Below are positions 35,901 to 48,700 of a DNA stretch of 64,000 nucleotides, one piece after another. The DNA comes from Cyanophora paradoxa CCMP329. Its lineage: Eukaryota > Plantae > Glaucophyta. Under the pieces are notes generated by a model, which was not told the DNA's origin, did not search any database, and worked only from the letters and a program-made list of their open reading frames with translations. The stretch lies in assembly GCA_004431415.1 (NCBI GenBank), contig QPMI01000432.1:394134-458133 (forward strand), in the 5' to 3' direction. Within the stretch, counting starts at the first letter, position 1; each line of letters starts with the position of its first letter. The position numbers were made by a program, and so were the translations under genes.

Positions 35901-38900
35901 CCAAGGCCCTCCTAAACCCTAGGGCCTGCAGCGCACGTTTTCTTCCTTTCTTCCCGCTTGTTTTCCTGGATGTCTTTTGGGACGGGGTCTAGCCCCCTTC
36001 GCGCGCTGGCGTCGAGCTCCCACTGCACCACCCACCTGCCGGCGCGTCAGCATGCGCAGAAGGGATTATGGCCCCAGTGGGGAAGGAAGAATTCGAAAGC
36101 GGGGACGGACCGCTGAAATTCGAGCGCGCTCACGGCATTCCCCTGCTTTTTTCTTAGAGCGGCTCCCTCCATCTGCAGTGCGTATGCTTACGGTGTCAGC
36201 GATGGAGGGCGTGGCGGGGTACAGGGAAGCACGTGATGTAGAATCAATCCGCCCTCAAGCACCGCATCGCCCGCAAGGTCTCGCAGCATCTGATGGGGGA
36301 TTTCGATAAATTTCCCAGCGATGCGAGAAAGTTTGATGACGAATATTTTAGAGCTCGAGCGTTCACGGGCCGCACCTGCAGTATGGGCTGCGGGCTGGGA
36401 TCACTGAAGCGGAAATCTTGGAGCATCCCGTTCGCCACTTCCGCCGCCTTGTTTTTGAGTTCGGACAGCTACGAGCACGTCAGATCTAGAGCCCGCGCGC
36501 TTGCGATAGCTAGACCCGCGGAGCCCTCGAGCTCCCCCGCACCGTCTCTGCAGATGCCCGCTCGAAAGCGGCCCGCACGACCGGCTCGCTGCGCGATCGC
36601 ACAGCAGCTTCCAGGGCCCCAGAGTCCACAGTCGCGCCTTTCTCGATGAGGAGCAGCGCCAGAGGGAGGCCCAAAGGCGATTCCAGGGCGGCCTGCAGCG
36701 CCGCGCGCGCCCTGCTCTCTCTGCCCCCGCGCCCGCGCGACGCCTCGCCATCTTGATCTCCCTTCCCTTCGTCGGGCAGCGCGCCCGCGTCCAGCAGAAT
36801 GCGGGCCATTTCTATCGCCCTGCGCCGGGGGCCGCGCTCGAAGTGGTCCCGGAGCCCATCGAAAGCGAAAACAGAGAGCGCGCACTCGCGATCGTGACCG
36901 TCCGCCACCGGTACCCCTTCGGGAGGTTTGCCCCCGGACCTGGCACGACCGCTCGCACCGAATCGCAGAAGGCTCCGGCGCGCAGAAACGAGCTGTCGCA
37001 CCGGCCGGCCCTCTCCTGCCCCCAGCCGCGTGGGAGGCACATTGCCGCCGCGAAAAGAGGCACGTCTTCAAGCCTAGGAGCCTTGGCGCCTTGGAGGGAA
37101 AAAGAGGGGCATGCGCCGAGCTCGAGGGCCATCCTGCAGCAAGGTGAATTTCGAAAGCCATCACACACGTGGAAGAGAGACGAAAGCACTTGAGAAACGG
37201 AATGTTGCGGCTAGAGACGGCCTTCGATATCGCGGCAGTTGTGTCGGCGTTCTTTGGCACGGCGTTCCCCGACTCCTTCAGCACTCTGCAAGAGTATGAA
37301 TACGCGGGACAGCCTTTTTAGCTTAAAAACGGGAGATCTAGAGGCTTTGAGGCACCGCAAAAAGGTGGTCCCCTCTTCGCCACTGGTAGCCGCACGCGAA
37401 AAACAACTCTCCGTCGGGTCACGGCTGCGTGCCTGCACCGGGGCGTTGGTGGCGTCAAAGGCGTCCGCGCCAGCCGCCAGCAGCAGCCTCGCGGCCGACT
37501 CGACAAAGGACGGCCCGTCCGCCGCGCCGGCGCTTGATCGCGAGCTCCTGGCCAGGGTCTGGTAGAGGCAGCTCTGCCTGTCGCTCCCCTTGGCGTTCAC
37601 AGCCTCCGCCAGCTTCGCCGAGGGGACTTTGTCCAGCAGAGCCCGCAGAAGGGGCAGGTCTCCGCGCAGGACGGCCGTGTGCAGAGCGGAGCGACCTACG
37701 ACTTGGTTGCGCGACTCCCACGCCACCGCGATTGGATTCGTGGGGTCGGCCCCCAGCGCGAGGAGCGCGCGGGCCGACGCCAGCGCTGTGGCAGCTGTGC
37801 TGGAGGCCGCCAGGCCCAATGCCGAGCTGTGCGAGAAACGGCCCGTGCCGGGCGGATCCGCTGGACGTCGACGCTCCGGCTGTGCTCCGCGACGCACCAG
37901 CAGACGGACGAGCGGCGCCGATCCAACAAGTGCAGCAAACTCGAGAGCAGAGGGTCCCGCCTTGGCTTGCATCTCTCGCTCCTCCCGTCCCCCGTTCTTG
38001 CCGCCTTGCATCCCGCCTTCCACCTTGACCGCCGTCTGCTTGTCCTCCGGACCTAGCTCAGGATCCGGAGAAGCACCCAGGGCGACAAGGTGGGAGGAGT
38101 TTGCATCGGTTGTATGCACAGCACAATCGGAGCACGCCTCGCGCGGATCTGCCCCAGCATCGAGCAGCAGGGCTGCGCATCCGTAGTCGCCGGCTGCGCA
38201 CGCTGCCACTAGCGGAGTTGTGGTAAACAGATGAGGGTTGCGACCAGGGCCAGGGCCGGGTTCCGAGATGCCGGCGACTCGGGCCGACGCGCGTGCACCC
38301 CGTTCTAGCAGAAGGCTGCTTGCGAGCTGAGTGTCGGTTTAAGGTAAGCTGCTCGTCGGAGCATCGCACCGGACGCAGTTGGCTGAGGCTGCGCGGGCCG
38401 CGAGGGCGAGGCAGATGTCCAAAAAGCCGGCGGGTGGTGCCGGGCACCAGTCGAGCAGCAACGTCTGCAAAAAGCTTCGTGAGAAAAGTGAAAAAAAGAG
38501 AGGGAAAGGAGGAGAGGGCGGGGAAGGGGGTCGACGGTTAAGGAATAGAATCCGAAATTTATGGGGAAGCAGGAACCAGGAGAATGGGGTCTCCCTGGGC
38601 GGCCGCGATCTCGAGCGGGCTGCCGAGCTCCCCGCGTCGGGCTTCGGGGGGGGAGGGGCAGCGCTCCAGGAGCAGCTTTGCGATGGCAGCACGCCCCTCC
38701 ATCACGGCGAGCTGCAGTGCCGAGCACTGCGCGAAGCGGCCCTGCAAAGAGAGAGATCGCAGCCGTCAGACCGGCCACGGGTTTCGCGCTCTAAAACAGG
38801 CAGCTTGCCCGCAAATCCGCGCCGTCGCAACCCTGGCGTTGCAGTTGGCGGGCAGTCCGCCAGCGGTCAGGTGCCGTTCTACGCATGTGTGCTGCTTATA

Positions 38901-39537
38901 ATTACCCGATCGAGAAGAAGAGAGACCACCTCCGCGCTGCCGGCTGCTGCCGCCGCCTCCAGCGCGCGCACTGCCACCTGCACAGGGATTCATTGCAATC
39001 GGAAGGGGAGGGGGCCATAAGCATGAACTGCAAGAGCGAGCCTCCTTCTCTCGTGCGCTTTTGAGCGGGACGTGGAGGAATCCTGGAATCGGTGCGCTCG
39101 CTTTGTCGGTGGTCGTGGGGTCCTTCTCGAAACGCTCGAAGTCGTCGTCCCAGAGCCTCGGCGCGGCCCGGCGGAGGTCGATCTTCGCCGCGCAGGGCGT
39201 GTCGAGCTTCGCGCCAGCGTCCAGAAGCTCCATCACGACCTCGACGTGGCCGCCCCCGGCGGCCGCATAGAGCGCAGTCCTGCAGTCGGATGCTGCGTCG
39301 ACCCTTGCGCCAGCCCTTAGCAGGAATCTGCGGGGCCACTGATCATGAGACATGTAAATGCGAAACGTCCGCCGTGCGATCAACTGACTGCACGGAGGCC
39401 GTGTCACCCCTCTCAGCGGCGTGCAAGAGCGGGGGTGATCCATTCCAGGGCCAAGTGGCGGCGTTGCGGGCGGCGGGTACGCCCCTCTCCTCGAGAAACC
39501 TGAGCGGGGTGTCGGCTGGCGGATTCACGGTGGTGCA

Positions 39538-39604
<67 letters not shown>

Positions 39605-40608
39605 CCCCGGCCCCCGGCCCCCCTGATCGTACCTCACGGCGCGCTCGTGGGAAAGCAGCACGGCGCAACGGCTCAGCAATGTGCCACCGGCTCTGAGGCC
39701 GCTACTGACGACGGCGAGCGAGGCGACGTCTGCGCCCCGCTCCGCCAGCGCCAGGAAAGCGTCGACGTGCCCTGCCTCTGCAGCCTCCGATAGGGCGCTC
39801 CGCATCCGCTCGAGCTCCTCGTCCTCCGGATCCCGGCCAAGGGCCGTGCACGTGCCTCCGATGGCGCAGGCGCGGGCGCGGGACACAGGGCTCCGATGTC
39901 TGCACCCAGATCGAGGAGGGCGCGGATGACTTCCACGTGCCCCGCTCGGGCGGCGGCATGCAGGGCGACGCCTCTAGCTCCGGGTCCGGCGCGTCGACGT
40001 CGCCATCCCCCCGGTAGCCGTGCAAAGGGGCGCCCAGCTCGGCAAGCGCTCGCACAGCCCCGCATGGCCGCACGCCGCCGCCAGGCGGATCAGCGACGTC
40101 AACTTGAGGTTCTTGCGGCCCGCGGTGCTCTCGAGCTCCTCCTGAAGGGGCGCAGCGCTAACCGGAGCGCTCACGTCGAGTCCCGCTGCCGCGAGGGCCC
40201 TGCGATCATAATTATATAAGCGAGCAGATGTTAGAAATACGTACGGTCATCAATCGACAGGCGGCAGCCGAGGACAGCGTGGCAGATCGCGCACCTCAGA
40301 ACATCTACGGCGCCCGCCTCAGCTGCGGCGTGTCCAGCGGCGGAGAGCAGTTTTCGATATCGATCAGGAGGCGTGCTTGGGTCTGAATTCGCGAGAAGAT
40401 CCCTGTGCGAGTGATTGGCGCCAGCGCGGCGGGCCGCTAATCAAAAGCTCAAGCAGCGGTACCTCATCCGAGACACGTCGCCTGCGGCTGCGGATCGGAC
40501 GAAGCTGAGTCGCGCGTCCTCCTGTGCTGCAGCTGGCGACACCTTCGAGTCCGCCTCGTAGTCGGAAGGAACGTAGTCCGGGCTTTCCTCGGACTGCATC
40601 GATATCAT
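32910..40608 (-). CDS. Ankyrin-repeat - TIR - degenerate TIR - CaaX protein (paralog A)
   Basis: ANK repeats (TALYAAAGGGHVEVVMELLDAGA, GRSALHTAVLRGDLPLLRALL, EGRTPLYHAV). TIR ~35020-34320: TYICHGDAGGEAEFAAKLRDGLEAAHVT...AVVFVASRASCSSERCRSELSAARALGRVLLPVWRERAELDDELQGFLLKQQFADF. Last exon ends GSKACTVM* (TAG 32912-32910). Start approximate. Confidence 0.82.
39540..39602. repeat. Poly-C tract (~63 nt) within paralog A, probably intronic
   Basis: Uninterrupted C run; exact length may be an assembly artefact. Confidence 0.85.
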
Positions 40609-41470
40609 AGTATCGCTGGACTGGCGCCGCGGCCGGCGTCCAGATCAGAGGAACCGGTGTTATGCGATGCTGGCGTCGCCTAGCTATATAGCGGCCTATA
40701 TAGCTAGGCCTGCCGACTGCGCATGCATATCACCGCAGCATCATGGCATATGCCGCGCTAGGCAGCTGAGGCAACCTCAGCCTGCCTAGGCCTCATTGTT
40801 TTTCTGCCGCAGTGCCTTGCTGAAATTAAATTGGTGTCGACGTCTTGGAAACGATCTTATATATATACTATATGATAACTGTTTTATTGTGCACTGTAAT
40901 TATAAGAATATAAGCAGTTGATCTTATCACCCCACCCCCTCAAGCCCCACTCCTAGCCTGGAGCCGACCCCCCAGCCAGTGTCACCGACCGGCTGGCCGT
41001 CCGATAAAGCCGAAAAGGCTGGCCCGGCTGGTCAACAAATCGGGCGGCTGGGCCATGGCCAGCCTAAAAGTCCAAAACCAGCCAGCCAGCTGTTCGGCCG
41101 GGCCGCTGGCCAGTGCCCTAGTCGGCGCCGGCCCGGCGCCGGGCCGCCGGGCCGGGCCGGGCCGCCCGGCCGGTGGTCCGGCGGTGGATCGATATCGCCG
41201 AGTCGGATCGATATCGGAGCCTCGGAGGTCCGACGGACTCCGGGAGGTCCCCGGGAGGATCATCGTCGATTCATCGATATCCGATATGATCGCCCATTGA
41301 TCGGGAGGATGATGCCGGCACCGGGCAGCCGGCGTCCGGACGGTCATGCCGCCATATGCATACTGTAGAACTAGTTAAATTAGTACAGGAAAATAATTAG
41401 TACTTTGCCAAAACTGCTTGTATGGGCGGTAATATTGGGGGTATACTGTATGGAACGACCTCTCAGCACG

Positions 41471-41586
41471 TAATTACCGCGGTACCAAATTACCGCGTTT
41501 AACAAATTCTCGGCGCGGTAATTTGGTACCGCGGTAATTAAGTGAGCGCGGTATTATAGTGCCACACCAGCGTACCGTACTACGGT
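41471..41586. mobile_element. Diverged, inverted partial copy of the 42112-42366 MITE family with a perfect 27-bp hairpin
   Basis: TAATTACCGCGGTACCAAATTACCGCG (41471-41497) and its exact reverse complement (41514-41540). Aligns by eye to the reverse complement of 42112-42220. Confidence 0.7.
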
Positions 41587-41589
41587 ACT

Positions 41590-42043
41590 TAGGGTTCCGG
41601 GCCGAAATTTCGGCCAGCCGAAATTTCCGAAAGATTCCGAATTTTGGCCATGGGGGTTGGGGACCTTCTGGCCAGTTCAGGGGGCCCTGAGGGGGAAGGA
41701 CTCCGGAGGAGCACGTGAGTGAGGCCCTAAGGGGCCCGGGCGCCGGGCGGCGGGCGCCGGGCGGCGGCGGCCGCGGCGCCGGCGGCCCGGCGGGCCGGCA
41801 CCAACTTGGGGTGCGCGCGCGGGGGCGGGGAGTCGGGGACTGGCTAACTTCGTCCGTAGGCACTGCTAGACACACTAGTAGGCCGTCTGTCTTGGATTAA
41901 AGGGGACTGTGCATGTTATTAAGACTAGTACTTCCGGAGGGCAGGGACATACCGAAATTTCGGCCGAATTTCGGCGAATTTCGGCGGGCCGATTTCGAAA
42001 TTCGGCGCTCTAAAATCCGAATTTCCAAAATTCGGCAACCCTA
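41590..42043. mobile_element. Putative non-autonomous hAT-like element
   Basis: Ends TAGGGTTCCG ... CGGCAACCCTA, with clustered subterminal CCGAA(A)TTTCGG motifs at both ends. No 8-bp TSD seen. Confidence 0.55.
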
Positions 42044-42111
42044 AAGTCTACGGTACGGTCGCGTACGGTCAGCGTCGGTCACCGGGTAGGCCGGGGTAGC
42101 TATAGCTACTA

Positions 42112-42366
42112 CCGTAGACGACTTATATACCGCGCTGACTTAACTACTGCGCTACCAAATTACCGCGCTCAAAATTGTTATAACGCGGTAATTTAAAAAA
42201 ATTGGTAGCGCGGTAATTGTCTTTTGCTTAGATTTGCTAACACTTTTTGTATGACCGTACCCCAAATTGATGAAAACGCGCTAATTTGGTGCCGCGCTAA
42301 AGCGCCTACCGGCGCCGAAATTTTAGAACGCGGTAATATGTGGCGCGGTATTTAAGTCGTCTACGG
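42112..42366. mobile_element. 255-bp MITE, Tc1/mariner (Tc2/pogo-like) type
   Basis: 24-bp TIRs CCGTAGACGACTTA(T/A)ATACCGCGC with one mismatch, flanked by TA at 42110-42111 and 42367-42368. Internal ATTACCGCG/CGCGGTAAT repeats. Confidence 0.85.
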
Positions 42367-42718
42367 TAGCTAGGCGTGCCACGGTGCACGTATACGGTAT
42401 ACCGTTTATCCACTTTATAATTACCGTACGCGTACGCGTACCGGTAGTACCGTTACTACCGTAGTACGTAGTACGTACGTGTTCAGAAGCTTGAGCCTTG
42501 AGCAATTGCGCGAAGGAGGCCTAGGGCCGCGGTTCGCGCATGCGGATCATGATCATCGGATTTCGATCGCCGGCGCGGCCGCGGGCCTTCGCGGCCGCCG
42601 GGTCGGTCTCGCCGCGGCCGTCTAGATCTTTAAATTTGCACTTCAAGGCTTGAACGTCAATTTAGCGCTAGCTATAGAACGGCTTCGACCAGCAGCGCGC
42701 TAGCGCGCTCTTAGATCG

Positions 42719-45700
42719 ATGGGCAACGTGATCGGCGATCCAATGGCGGGGCGGCAGAAGAAGCCCAGGGGCCCCGTCCCCGCCGCCGGTCGTTCTGGCG
42801 GCCGTCGCTGGCGATGAGGACGAAGTCAGGTACGCGACTGGACTCCGGGAGCTCGTATCTGCTCTGCACCACGGCCACGTGCACATCGAGAGCGTTAACG
42901 TTAAAACAGGCGGCTGCTGGCGGTGGCGTGCGCAGAGGCGGAACCATTGATCCCGAGGCGGCTGCGAAGGCTGCCGCGGATGAGGCGCGGTACGTACATA
43001 CGCTCTATGGATTCGTTGCTCTAGATCTGCCAGGCTGCACCAGACCAACGTTAGCCAATCGTGGTGCAGGAAGCAGATGGACGGCGCTGGCCCTGACACA
43101 ACAATTCCCATGATGGATTTGGCCGCTCGCATGGCCGCTACTCAAGCACGGTGCGCGCCGCGCGTCTTGAGATCCTGCTCAGCGGCCGCTCCACGCGCTG
43201 GCGATCCGCGCGCGCGCACCCTATAGCTAGCGCTCCAGCTTGGCGGCCGACGATGACAGCGCAGGGAGACGGCCGAGACCGCAAGGGCAGCCATCTTCGG
43301 AGATATATTGGCAGCCTCCGCGCGCTTCTGCAGCCTCTCGCTGGTCAAGTGTGCACGTGCTATCAGAGGAAGCTTAAGAATTTGCTTAGAGCTCGAGGCG
43401 GATCCGGAGCTGAGCGCCGCGAATTCGAATGCGCAGGCACGTCCTGGAGACCATTCCAGAGCTGCGGAAGCCAGTGCAGGCGCCGGATGCACACACGGAG
43501 CTGCATTGGGGGTATGGTAGCCTTGAATGGGGCGCAAAATCCCTGCTGGCTGCGGCGTGCGCGGCGGCCGAGGGCGGGCGGACGGACGTCCTGAAGCACC
43601 TCCTGTCGCTTCCCGACGCTCGGTCGACGTCCAGGCAGCCTTTCGATCATCCCGACGTCCTTACCCACGCTATCCACGGCGGCTCGATGCCCGTCGTCCG
43701 GTTCGTCCACCGACGCGCTGTGCCGCGCGCGTCATGATCATTTATCCAGCGCGCCAAATTAAATCCCCCGCACGTGCACAGCTTTCTGCTGGAGGAACGT
43801 AACGTGAATGCTGCACGCTGGGCGCCCGTGCCAGCGTTCCTCGCTCGCAGGTGCGCCGTGAGCGAAGACGCGAAGAAGCTCAAGATATTCTCGTCCGCCA
43901 ACTGCTTCGTGGACTCCGTCGAACTCCCGTGCGCCGCGCAGCGGCCGCCACGCACATCCCGTCGTTTCACGCACCCCCGGCCCGCAGCGTGCCCATCTGG
44001 CATCTTTTGAAAGAAGACATCGCCAGTTTACACGAGCGCAATTATCCCCTCGACACGGCAGCATGGCGCGGCCACATCGAAATCCTCCGGTCCGCACTTG
44101 CGCCTCGCTCGGGCCCACTAGTACTAGTACTGGGCCAACCATTGAATTCTCATGATCAGCCGTCGACGCGTGAATTTTCTGTATCGCAGGATGCTTTTAG
44201 ACGCTGGGGAATGGGACGCGAAAGCGAACGCAAAGAGAGCATATTCCGCCAAGACTTACGGCATCAAATATGCCTTCTGCGCTGCAGCGATTCACGGTCG
44301 AGTCGACGCATGCAGGCATGCATTCGATATCATGGTTTTTCGGAACCTGATTATGATACCTTTCAATTGCAAGATCAGTGATATTGACGTGCTGTGGCGC
44401 AGGCTCCTGGTTTCGGTGGCCGGTGGTCTACCCGAATTCGAATTCCAATTGCAATCTCATCATGACAAGCTTATCCGGATCTGCGCGGCACTGGGACAGC
44501 TGGGCTCTCTTCGGTGCGCGTGCGCATGCGGCCACCCATTACCGATTGAGCGATTGTTCGTCTTGTGATCGGATGTGCTCGAACTTCGGAAGGTACCTGG
44601 TGGACGAGTTGCAATTGGCGGCCGCTGCTGGCAGCGACGAGCTTCATCTAGCAATGCTTTGGGCTGTGCGCGCAGGGCACGCGGACTGCCTGCGATTCTT
44701 CGTGGAACACGGAGCGCCTCTGAGCTCCTCCAAGGCGAGCAGGCTGGCAAGATATCGATCTCCCCGCACATGTGCATCGTCGATTCCTTCTCTCAGAATA
44801 AGAACAGAGCCGACCACAACTGGACGGTGTCAACCAATCCGGATCCCATGTACGGAGAGCCGAGGGACTTGATGCAGGCGGCGGGGTCAGCCGCCAGTCC
44901 CGAGTGCCTGCGGCTGGTCTGTCCAGCGCGAATTTCGAAGGCCGTGCGCCTCCGCCGGCACGAGAGCCCACTCTCCCTCTTCTACCTCAGATCGCCGAGC
45001 TGGATGCAGCCGCCTTCGAAAACGGGCGGGACGAGGCGCTGCTGCGGGCGGCCGCCGCGAAGCCCCCCCTGCGGGGCCCCGACCGGCGAGCGGAGGCCGT
45101 GCGGTTGCTCCTCGATCTCGGGGCCGGGATCGGCGACCCCGCCCTCTTCGACCCGTCCCGGCCCGTGCGGCACCGGTGCCTCCACACCCCCTCCACGCCG
45201 CATGCGCCCAGGCCCGCACCCCCATCCGCATTCCTGTCATCGATGTCGTTCTTCTGACGTCCGGGCAGCTGGAGCCTAACCTCGACGTGATCCGGTGGGC
45301 TCCTCGCGATCGCCACCCCGACCTGCGCATGCTGCAGCCGCAGCTGCCGCTCGCCGCTGACTTCGGAGTGTCGAGCAGGCTGCTCATTGAGGCGAAGAGC
45401 GACCTCTCCGCTCTGGACAAGGGGGGACGCACGCCCCTTCATGCCGCCGCCGCCCTGAATTCCGTGGCGCTCGTCCGGTCAGTTCGCGATCGGCCTGCAG
45501 CTGCTTGCGCAACCGAAAGTCCCAATTGCAACCGATGCTTCTTGCCATGGCGCGGTCGCAGCGCGCTGCTGGACGCCGGGGCGGACCCGACGGATCCGGA
45601 GCTCGAGCCGGGCGAAAGGCACCGCTGCATCTCGCGTGCGAGGCGCTGGCAGTGGACACGGCCCTCCTGCTCCTCGAGCGCGGCGCCGACCCGCATCGCG

Positions 45701-48700
45701 CGGCCGCGGGCGGCGCGCGGCCGCTCCACTGCTGCGCCTGGCCGAGGCACAACTCCTCCGATCCAGTTCGCGAGGCCGAAGAGGCGCGAAACAACCTCGA
45801 GGTCGAGGAGGTGCGGGCGAGGATCCTCGCCATCGCCGACGCGCTTCTCGCGGCGGGCGCCGAGATCGACGCCGCCGACGACGATGGGGCCACCTTCTTC
45901 ACCATTGCGGCGGCGTCCGCGGACGGGCGCGACGCCGCCTTCCTCGGCGCCCTTCTGGAGCGCGGCGCGGACGTGAACGCCGCCTCGAAGAAGGCTCTGC
46001 CCCCCCCCCCCCCCCCCCCCCCGCCCCCGGCCCCTGCACGCCGAGCTGAGGCGAGGCCGCAGGGGACCGCGCTGGCCGCCGTGGCCGGGGGCCCAGTTGA
46101 GGACGCCCTCCCCCTCGTCCGCTTCCTCCTCTCGAAAGGGGCCGACCCGAACGCCGGCCGGCGCCTCGCCCGCCCCATCGCGTCCGCCGCTCTGGCCGCC
46201 GGAGGCAGGACGGATGTCCTAAAGGTTCAAGTTTTCATTTCTGCCGCGGTCGTGATCATGAATTCGCTGCCGACGCGCGCCCTCCTCACAGGTGCTTCTG
46301 GACGCGGGCGCCACGCTCGACGCCGAGCACGTGGTGGAACAAGAAAGGGGCGCCGGCCCCCCGCGGCCGCTGCCCGTCGCGGCCCTCACGAAAGGCGCCA
46401 CCCGGATGTGAGCGCATCGAATTCGCCGCCGGCCACGCCGGCGCCCACGTCGATGTTCCGCCGCGCAGGTTCCTGCTCCAGCGCGAGTTCGATCGGCTCT
46501 CCGCGCCAGGCGCACCGCGCCCGCCCGTCGAGCGCGCCAGAACGGTCTACCTCCTCAGCGGGAAGCGCGTGCGCCCATGCCATCCCCCAGTAGCGGTCGG
46601 GCTCGTGATCGGCCGCGCCGCTCATGATCACCCCGCCACGCAAGGACGACGGGGCGCTCTCCGGCGCCGCCGCCAGGTGCGGCCTCCGCTCTGAGGAGAT
46701 CTATAGCTAGAAGCCCTTGGATTTCCCTGACCCTCGAGCCCTCCAGGTTCCTCCTCACAGCTTTCATCGCCACTCTCGAGGGCACGGAACCAGAGGCCGC
46801 CCGGCGCGTCCCGCGCGCGCCCGCGCCCGCGCCCAGAGGAGCTCGATGCGACCCGTGCGCGCGCCGCAGGCTCGCCATCGATCTCCTCCTCGCCTGCGAC
46901 GGCCGGCTGCGCGTCCGGGACTTCCTCGTCACAGACCCGAAGGTCGATCCCGGCGCCAGCCCCGCCCGCCTGCAGCTGCCCGCCCGCCCCCGGGCCCTCG
47001 GCCCTCTGACGTGCTTCTCGCGATCGGCAGTTTGCGGAGCGCTTCGCGAGCGAAGCGGGGGCGGCGGAGGAGGGGATGCGCGTGTGGCGCGGCGCGGTGC
47101 GCCTCGCGGCCCTCGAGGGCCGCCTCGACCTCGACGGCCGCGGGCCCGGCGAGCTCGCGATCGAGGAGGGCCCCCTCGAGCTCCCCGAACCCGATCTCTC
47201 CGCCGCCCTCCGCGAGGTCCGGATCCCGCACGACCTCGCACCCGAGCGCCGGCTCGCCCCGCGACGACCCCGACCCCGACCCCGACCCCGACGCCGACGC
47301 GGCGCAGGCGTGCCTCCTCGGGCTGCGCCTGACGGCCCTCCGCCTCGCCCGCGCCGCCCCCAGCGTCCAGTCAGCCCGCCGGCGCCGGCCCCCCCCCCGC
47401 CGCCCCTCGAGCTCCCCATCTAACGCGCCCCGCCCCGGCCCGTGCAGCACACCCGCGGCCGACGCCCTAGGGCGCGCGCCGCTGTACCACGCGGCGGCCC
47501 GGGGGCCCGCCATGCTGGACGTCTGCGGGGCGCTCCTGGACCGAGGTACCCCCCCCCGAGCCCGGCCGAGCCCGGAATCCACTCTCAATCTGCGCCGGCT
47601 TTAATTTCGAGCTCGCTGCGCCCGCGCAGGCGCCGAGCTGACGCCGGCGGTGCTGAACGCGACGCGGGACGGCGAGTTCCGGCGGGCCCTCAAGGAGCGC
47701 GCCGCCCTCCGCCAGGTCTTCATCAGGTCTGCTGCACCCGCCCTAGGCCTCGCCCTCGATCGCGAGAGCTCGCGCTCGCGCTCGGGTCCCGCCGACGCCT
47801 CGCAGCTACGGGCACCACCCCGTCGACGTCGCGCGCTTCGCCCTCCGCCTCCGCGACCGACTCCAATCCGACGGCGTAATGGCGCGGCCCCGCCGCCCCT
47901 CGAGCTCCGATCCCACCCCTCTCTGCTGCGGCTGAACGTTCTGCGCAGTGCTGGGTGCGGTTCGACTGGCCGGGAGGAGGCGCTCCGCCCCGCTAAAAAG
48001 CAGCGCAGATGGACGAGATGAAGGCTACGGGCATCGAGGCCGGCACCGAGGTCTCCCCCGCCCCCTCCCTCTCGGTGCGGGTCTGACTCGGTGATCATGA
48101 CGCCCGCGGCAGTGGCGGGAGGAGATCGGCCGCGGGCTCCGAATGGCCAAAGCCGTCGTCTTCGTCGCCTCCCCGGTGCCTTCGATTTCGGCGCCAGATC
48201 TTTCTCCTCGGCGCTTTCTCCGTCTCACCGAGCCGCCCGCCCGCAGCACTCCTGCGCCTCGGACTGGTGGCGCGTGGACCCCGCACCCCGCGAAAAACCC
48301 CGACCTTGAGCTTATGATCACGGCGACCGCAGCATGCTGGAGCTGAGCCGGGCGCTGGACCTCGGGAAAGCCGTTGTCCCCGCCTGGCGCCTCCGCACTG
48401 AGCTGGACCCCCGCGCCGCGGTCCGGCCCCCTTCTTCCACTTCCTCCGAGCCGGCTCGGCGAGCCGACGTATACGTATCCCCCCGGCAGGGGCTCCTCCG
48501 TGGCCTCGCCATCGCGGACTTCACGACGCGCGCACCCCGTACCCCCTCTCCTTCATCGGCTCTTTGACGCCACGGCGCCCGCGGCCGCAGCGACGAGCTC
48601 TTCGAGTCCGGGTACAGCTCCTTCCTGGCTGGCCTGAAAGCCGCCCTCGCGGCCGTCCCCTCCGAAGGCGCCCCGCGTCCCCCACCGCGGTGTGATCGGT

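Noticed and set aside
41590-42045. TTAGGG/CCCTAA as telomeric repeats
   Set aside because: Only single units occur, at inverted element ends. They are better explained as TIRs.
42719-42830. N-myristoylation (MGNV) of ANK-TIR paralog B
   Set aside because: That frame hits TGA near 42815 and needs an indel to join the downstream exons, so the start cannot be supported.
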